Shown piece after piece: positions 58,930 through 64,000 of a DNA stretch of 64,000 nt. Numbering within the stretch: position 1 is the first letter of the stretch; every line of letters starts with the position of its first letter. Where the stretch lies: NCBI GenBank assembly GCA_964634105.1, contig CAZWIU010000007.1, positions 2,051 to 66,050 of the forward strand, read 5' to 3'. The position numbers were made by a program, and so were the translations under genes. The notes beneath the pieces are model-generated. The model was not told the origin of the DNA. It did no database searches and worked only from the letters and a program-made list of their open reading frames with translations. Source of the stretch: an uncultured Bacteroidales bacterium. GTDB lineage: Bacteria > Bacteroidota > Bacteroidia > Bacteroidales > UBA10428.

Positions 58930-60210
58930 ATGAACAATTATATCATCAGAAAAGCTATAAAACAACACGACGATAAAGAACTAAACCATTTACTTACCGA
59001 GATATTTCATCCTGAAGAGGTAGGAATACTTGCGGAAGTTCTATTCAACCATTTTCAGGGAATAAAAAAGGACTACTGGTACATTGCCGAAGAACAATCC
59101 ACTTCGCGTATGGTAGCTTCATTCACATTAATTCCCTGGACATGGGAAATGAAAGGTATCCGGCTTAAAACTGCAGAAATGGGCCTTGTAGGTACTCTTA
59201 AGGAACACCGGGGCCGAGGATTAATGAAGTTATTAAATCTTGAATTTGATAAGACACTTCATGAGGAACAATTCGATATTGCTGTTATACAAGGCATTCC
59301 CGGGTTCTATCACAAGTTAGGGTACCATTATGCGGTTTCGCTTGAAAACAGTATCAATATACCTCTGGCGCATATAGATTGCTGGCCCGATACCGGTACT
59401 GAATACAGCTTCCGGCTGGCAACATCCGAAGATATTCCCTTCCTGATGAAGGAAGATGAGAAGTATCGCAAGACTTACCTGCTGTCGGTTGTACGTCAGG
59501 AGGAACACTGGAAATACCTGCTGAGCTTTAGCCGTGAAACCGACTGTTGTGGTGAATTCTGGATTATGGAGCACAAAACGAAGGATGAGAAATACTATTT
59601 CAAGATCCAGCTTAAGGGTTTCGGAACGGGATTGATCGTTACTGAAGTAAGTGAAGATATTCCTGAAGAAGCAGCCGGGGCTGTGCTTCATTTCTGCCGG
59701 CAGAAAGCTATTGAACGTCGAAAACCATACATCCGCATGAACCTTCATACACATTCCGGTATGGCACAACGGGTTATTCAATCGGGTATTGACGTTTGTA
59801 AAACCTACGCATGGCAGATTAAAATTCCTGATAAGATCCGGTTTCTCATGAAAATGAAACCCCTGCTTGAAGAAAGGATAGCTCAGAGTGAGTGGGCCGG
59901 TTATTCGGGAATCTTCAGACTGAATCTTTATACTGAAGCGATTGACTTGTATTGGCAGAATGGTAAGTTGAAAACCGTGGCGAAGAGTACAGGAGAAGAG
60001 TGCATTCATACATTTTGTATGGGAAGCGATCTGTTCCCGGCATTGGTACTGGGACATCGCAGCTGGGAGGAATTGCAGTATATCCGACCCGATGCTGCAC
60101 CTGAACTTATTTATATACTGCCGAATGAAGCCTCGCTTTGGGACAGGACAGGTTCGCTGGTGAATACATTATTTCCGGCAGAGAAATCGTGGATTTACCT
60201 TCAATACTGA
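58930..60210 (+). CDS. GNAT-family N-acetyltransferase (Eis-like multi-domain architecture)
   Basis: MNNYIIRKAIKQHDDKELNHLL...VGTLKEHRGRGLMKLL contains the acetyl-CoA motif. I prefer the start at 58930 over the track start at 58822, because the extension MPFPFPPVHIHY... looks non-native. Confidence 0.7.
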   Translation: MNNYIIRKAIKQHDDKELNHLLTEIFHPEEVGILAEVLFNHFQGIKKDYWYIAEEQSTSRMVASFTLIPWTWEMKGIRLKTAEMGLVGTLKEHRGRGLMKLLNLEFDKTLHEEQFDIAVIQGIPGFYHKLGYHYAVSLENSINIPLAHIDCWPDTGTEYSFRLATSEDIPFLMKEDEKYRKTYLLSVVRQEEHWKYLLSFSRETDCCGEFWIMEHKTKDEKYYFKIQLKGFGTGLIVTEVSEDIPEEAAGAVLHFCRQKAIERRKPYIRMNLHTHSGMAQRVIQSGIDVCKTYAWQIKIPDKIRFLMKMKPLLEERIAQSEWAGYSGIFRLNLYTEAIDLYWQNGKLKTVAKSTGEECIHTFCMGSDLFPALVLGHRSWEELQYIRPDAAPELIYILPNEASLWDRTGSLVNTLFPAEKSWIYLQY

Positions 60211-60242
60211 TAAAGAATCAGGAAAATTTCTGAAGCAATAAT

Positions 60243-60405
60243 GAGGGTGTCAAAAGTGTCATTAACCATTATGAATACAAAGCCCTGAAGCATCGGGAGC
60301 ACAATGTTCACTTTGTGTTAACGGGTCAAATATTAGTTCTTTGCGCGATTGGTGTTAACCGTTGTGACCATTGCGGTTAAATAATAATTGACTTTTGACA
60401 CCCTC
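60243..60405. repeat. 163-bp MITE-like element with perfect 15-bp terminal inverted repeats
   Basis: GAGGGTGTCAAAAGT (60243-60257) is the exact reverse complement of ACTTTTGACACCCTC (60391-60405). The interior carries CACAAAG-family hairpin words (gagcacaatgttcactttgtgtt, ttgtgaccattgcggtt). Confidence 0.7.
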
Positions 60406-60414
60406 TTGAATTTG

Positions 60415-61305
60415 CTATAAAACCAAGGGAGTAACAGGATACTGATCTGAATCGATCAGGGGTATAACACGGTTAATTTCTTCGATCAGACGCTCCCTAT
60501 CTTTCGAAAGTATTCCTTTCAGGATGAGGTTATTCGATATATGATCGCTTCGGAATATTGTATTCTCGGTAATTACATTTTCAAGGAATAATTTAAGCTC
60601 TTCTGCCAATTCAATAACAGTCTGCTGATGGTACTCTCCGCCGAACCGCGATACGAAATGTGCTTGTTCCAGTGGAAGACTGAGGGTAAGGGTCGAAAGG
60701 AACTTTGGCTTTACCGCGCTTATCAGACGTGCAGAATTGATTGCATGCTGCTGGCTGTATTTACTACCCCCAAGTCCGTTAATGACCATAATGGAAGTCT
60801 CTATACCGGCATCATGTGCTTTAACGATCCCATCAGCCATGGAAGCAAAGGTCTCGCCTTTATTGATCAGTGTTAACAGCTCATCATCACCCGATTCGAT
60901 ACCAATGTATAGCAACTTAAGTCCGGCCTGCCGGATCTCATGAAGTTCCTCAGGCGTTTTTGAAGCGATATCGGAAGGAAGGGCATAGGCAGAGATACGT
61001 TGCAGTCTACCAAACGAGGAATTGATTTCATCCAGGATTGGCAACAGCCGATTTGCAGAGAGCACAAAAGCATTGCCGTCGGCAAGGAATATTTTTTTTA
61101 CGCCCTGATAATACCTCGACAACTTAGTAATATCTTCCTTTATCTCTTCAAAAGGTCTGACCCTGAATTTCTTCGAAGTATACATTTCACAGAAAGCACA
61201 ACGATTCCACGAACATCCGATAGTAGCCTGGATGATTGCAGCATTTGCTTCAGCCGGCGGCCGAAAAACAGGTTCGTTATAATGGATCGGGAGAAAGAGG
61301 TTCAT
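60415..61305 (-). CDS. radical SAM protein, function unknown
   Basis: The CxxxCxxC cluster motif is in GCSWNRCAFCEMY. Length is 296 aa. Confidence 0.75.
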   Translation of the reverse strand: MNLFLPIHYNEPVFRPPAEANAAIIQATIGCSWNRCAFCEMYTSKKFRVRPFEEIKEDITKLSRYYQGVKKIFLADGNAFVLSANRLLPILDEINSSFGRLQRISAYALPSDIASKTPEELHEIRQAGLKLLYIGIESGDDELLTLINKGETFASMADGIVKAHDAGIETSIMVINGLGGSKYSQQHAINSARLISAVKPKFLSTLTLSLPLEQAHFVSRFGGEYHQQTVIELAEELKLFLENVITENTIFRSDHISNNLILKGILSKDRERLIEEINRVIPLIDSDQYPVTPLVL

Positions 61306-61315
61306 TTAATACGAT

Positions 61316-62689
61316 TCATGTAATTTCATCCGGCAGTGGCGGTAATATTCCTTTATCTATATAAATGGGCCGGACATAGGCCCGGAACGATTCATGGTTT
61401 AGCTCAAACCAAATGCCTGAAAAAAGTGTAATTACTCCGCATATCAGTATAGTGTAAGAGATACCTATGCCACTGGCGACGGCACCAATTAGCAGGTTCC
61501 CGATCGGTGCCGTGCCCATCAGGGCCATGGAATAAAAACTCATCACGCGGCCGCGTTTATCTTCGTCGGCGAGGGTTTGTAACATTGTATTAACCGACGA
61601 AAGAAAAAGGACCATCGAAATCCCTCCGAAAAAAAACAGGATAAGGGAGAAATGTATCTTCAGCATGAAGGATACAGCTATAAGAGCTATGCCCATAATT
61701 CCTGCATTATAAGGTATAAGCTTACCCAGTCCGATCACCGATTTGCGTGCAGCCATATACAATGCCCCTGTCAGCGCACCAGCACCAAGAGCCGACATAA
61801 GAAATCCCAATGTTTCAGAACCGCCCTTAAGGATTTCTTTGGCATAGGCAGGAAGAAGAACAATAACCGGAAGACCGAATAAACTCATAAAAGCCAGCAT
61901 AATGATCAACCGCCGTATTGGTAGCGATTGAAAAGTATATTGAAACCCTTCCGTAAAACTCTTCGCAAATTTAGGCTTAGTGGCAACGGCATCTTTCTTC
62001 GGAATTTTAATTAATACCAGCGCCGCAATAACAACAACATAGCTGATGCCATTCAACAGGAAGCATATTCCCTCACCGACTGCAGCAATGGTTATTCCAG
62101 CAATAGCTGGACCGATCAACCGGCCGCCGTTAAAGATGGCTGAATTCAGGGCAATAGCATTACATAGGTCGCCGGGCCTGTCGATAAGATCAATTACCAA
62201 AGCCTGTCTGGCAGGAGCATCGAACGCAGTAATGATTCCAAGAATGATACTCAATACAATAATATGCCATACAACAACCACATTGATCAATACCAGGAGA
62301 GCCATGGTGAGTGCCTGCAGCATGTAAAAGAATTGTGTCAGTTTCATAATCTTCAGCCTGTTATGCTGGTCGGTCAACACTCCCGTAAAAGGGGAGAGCA
62401 CAAATGTTGGAATCTGGCTGGTGAAGGCAACAAGGCCAAGCAGGAATACCGATCCGGTAAGTCGGTATACAAGCCAGCTGAGTGCAATATGCTGCATCCA
62501 GGTGCCGATCAGAGAAATTCCCTGGCCGATAAAATATAACCGGTAATTCCGCGAGCGAAGCGATGAAAAGATATTACCAACCAGCGTCAGGTTGTTAGAT
62601 ATTATATTGTTAATCGTCATTATTAAGCTGTATGATGTAGCGAAGGTAAAATTAAAAACCTTATTCATGCGGCTGAAAATTCGTTTCAT
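61316..62689 (-). CDS. MFS transporter (EntS/MFS_3-like)
   Basis: About 12 TM segments, with LRSRNYRLYFIGQGISLIGTWMQ. The start may be M24 (62620). Confidence 0.8.
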   Translation of the reverse strand: MKRIFSRMNKVFNFTFATSYSLIMTINNIISNNLTLVGNIFSSLRSRNYRLYFIGQGISLIGTWMQHIALSWLVYRLTGSVFLLGLVAFTSQIPTFVLSPFTGVLTDQHNRLKIMKLTQFFYMLQALTMALLVLINVVVVWHIIVLSIILGIITAFDAPARQALVIDLIDRPGDLCNAIALNSAIFNGGRLIGPAIAGITIAAVGEGICFLLNGISYVVVIAALVLIKIPKKDAVATKPKFAKSFTEGFQYTFQSLPIRRLIIMLAFMSLFGLPVIVLLPAYAKEILKGGSETLGFLMSALGAGALTGALYMAARKSVIGLGKLIPYNAGIMGIALIAVSFMLKIHFSLILFFFGGISMVLFLSSVNTMLQTLADEDKRGRVMSFYSMALMGTAPIGNLLIGAVASGIGISYTILICGVITLFSGIWFELNHESFRAYVRPIYIDKGILPPLPDEIT

Positions 62690-62776
62690 TTATTTATCCT
62701 CCTGCAAGTTTGTAGTATACTCTATAGAGTCGTTGTGATAAAGCATGTGTATCTCATTTAAATCGCAGGATTTAGC

Positions 62777-62802
62777 TTGTGACATGGCATGCCTTGTCAC
62801 AA
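62777..62802. repeat. 26-nt near-perfect palindrome centred on GGCATGCC
   Basis: ttgtgacatggcatgccttgtcacaa has 13-nt arms with 1 mismatch. It lies in the divergent intergenic region between the MFS gene and the MORN lipoprotein gene. Confidence 0.6.
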
Positions 62803-62969
62803 CGCTATCCTGTCATTTCAGACTCTTATAAAATAAAAGCAAACTGGCATCTTAAAACCTTACAGTTTTCAAGGAATTCTTGATAAATGCAATTAGCCGT
62901 AATTTCTATGGACAGAAATAATAAAATACCTTACATTTATATTCAGCGAATAATCAAGATATATAGTCC

Positions 62970-63740
62970 ATGAAGAACCTGATTTTTATAATACTGGCTG
63001 TGCTGTCCACACTATCATGCACACAAAAAAAAAGTGTTTACGAAGAATATTATCCCAGTGGCAGCATTAAATCGGAAACCGAGATGAAAGACGGACTCAG
63101 AAACGGTATCTCCAAAACTTACGATGAGCGGGGCATACTTGTATCAACCTGTGAATTTGTGAACGATTCCTTGCAAGGCTGGATGATAAACTATAATCCA
63201 AAGAACGGGAAAGTGTCAGCAAAAGCAATGTATAAGGATGACATGCAAAACGGGCCTGTCATTCTTTACTATGATGAAGGACAACTTTATCGTGAAGAAA
63301 CGTATGTTAACGGCCGGCTTGATGGTATTGTCAAAACCTATTGGCCCGATGGTAAATTACAGGCTGAAGTTCAATTTAAAATGGGATCGCCGGGATTGGG
63401 TTTAAAAGAATATGATAAAAATGGCGAACCAATCGTCCAACCGAAATTGGTGATTGAAGAAATCAACCTGTTACGATCTGCCAATACTTTCAAGTTAAAG
63501 CTATCTGTTTCTGACCATAGCACCAAAGTAGATTATTATCTCGGCGATCTGATCGAGGATAAATATCTGGATCCGGGAGCGATAAAAGTTAGCGACAGCG
63601 ACGGTGTAGCCTATCTCCAATACAACATACTAAAGCATCACAAGGTTAAAAAGCGCATGGGTATCTCAGCCCGTGTACGAACTCCGCTGGGAAATACATT
63701 ACTGCTGCACAGGGTATATAACCTGGATGTATCACACTAG
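62970..63740 (+). CDS. MORN-variant repeat lipoprotein (YwqK-like)
   Basis: Lipobox LSTLSCT. Repeats are of the type YYPSGSIKSETEMKDGLRNGISKTYDERG and ...YVNGRLDGIVKTYWPDGKL. Confidence 0.7.
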   Translation: MKNLIFIILAVLSTLSCTQKKSVYEEYYPSGSIKSETEMKDGLRNGISKTYDERGILVSTCEFVNDSLQGWMINYNPKNGKVSAKAMYKDDMQNGPVILYYDEGQLYREETYVNGRLDGIVKTYWPDGKLQAEVQFKMGSPGLGLKEYDKNGEPIVQPKLVIEEINLLRSANTFKLKLSVSDHSTKVDYYLGDLIEDKYLDPGAIKVSDSDGVAYLQYNILKHHKVKKRMGISARVRTPLGNTLLLHRVYNLDVSH

Positions 63741-63773
63741 CGGGTTAATCATCAACTGAAATTTTATTTTTTT

Positions 63774-64000
63774 ATGAAAATCATTGATCTGATACCAGAA
63801 TATGAAAAACAATATTTCTGCTGCCTGGAAGAAGGTGAAGCGGTTATGAACGATGCTGGCACACATAAAACATGCTGGTTCAACGTTATGAAAGATAAAG
63901 GATTGCGGGTGAAACTTGCCCAGGGTGAGGATGGCCTGATTAAAGGAATGATACAATACCTGCCTGCTGAATATTCGCATATCGAAGGCAGGAACCTCTA
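63774..64000 (+). CDS. GNAT-like acetyltransferase, N-terminal part (runs off the window end)
   Basis: MKIIDLIPEYEKQYFCCLEEGEAVMNDAGTHKTCWFNVMKDKGLRVKLAQGEDGLIKGMIQYLPAEYSHIEGRNL resembles a widespread small GNAT/YoaP-like family from memory. It is truncated by the window. Confidence 0.5.
   Translation, partial: MKIIDLIPEYEKQYFCCLEEGEAVMNDAGTHKTCWFNVMKDKGLRVKLAQGEDGLIKGMIQYLPAEYSHIEGRNL

Noticed and set aside
59317-60057. 246-aa ORF antisense to the GNAT gene. Similar long antisense ORFs lie at 48814-49452 (opposite hydF), 16466-17104 (opposite susC), 8446-8916 (opposite the DHS-like gene) and 37036-37467 (opposite pyk).
   Set aside because: They lie entirely inside well-supported genes on the other strand. 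Their translations are low-complexity with no recognisable motifs. These are typical shadow ORFs.

Overview
This is a 64-kb chromosomal window from an anaerobic member of the Bacteroidota. Evidence for the phylum: SusC/SusD pairs, gldF/gldG, three proteins with T9SS C-terminal sorting domains, TAnnTTTG-type -7 promoter boxes, and surE-lpxB and yicC-gmk-nadD synteny. Evidence for anaerobiosis: a 4-subunit 2-oxoacid:ferredoxin oxidoreductase, HydF and HgcAB. I support about 55 protein-coding genes. I saw no rRNA, tRNA, CRISPR array, transposase or integrase. Content from left to right: pheT (partial); an exported vWA plus unknown-lipoprotein pair; a TPR-LytS-type kinase with a LytTR regulator; pdaD plus a deoxyhypusine-synthase-like gene; an ECF-sigma/FecR/SusC(STN)/SusD locus with an extra orphan SusD and a divergent GPH symporter; surE-lpxB-spoIID-like; a C1 peptidase; PagL-like and DUF2807-like genes; gldF-gldG-DUF4340; dnaN; an exonuclease; FAH; HD-pyk; MATE; yicC-gmk-nadD; the OFOR operon; a PCMD/T9SS protein; metY; hydF; an arsR-arsC-C_GCAxxG_C_C(frameshifted)-hgcA-hgcB operon; tonB; T9SS-secreted CE2-like esterase and GH5 enzymes; a GNAT gene; a radical-SAM plus MFS pair; a MORN lipoprotein; and a partial GNAT gene. 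The most notable items are: (1) the hgcAB mercury-methylation pair, hard-wired behind an ArsR repressor, with a candidate operator overlapping its promoter; (2) a 27-codon Met/Cys-rich leader ORF upstream of metY where no SAM riboswitch is visible; (3) a GPH symporter carrying a roughly 145-aa insertion in a predicted periplasmic loop; (4) several families of inverted-repeat (MITE/REP-like) elements that fill unusually long intergenic regions. All functional calls rest on motif recognition by eye. No database search was run.
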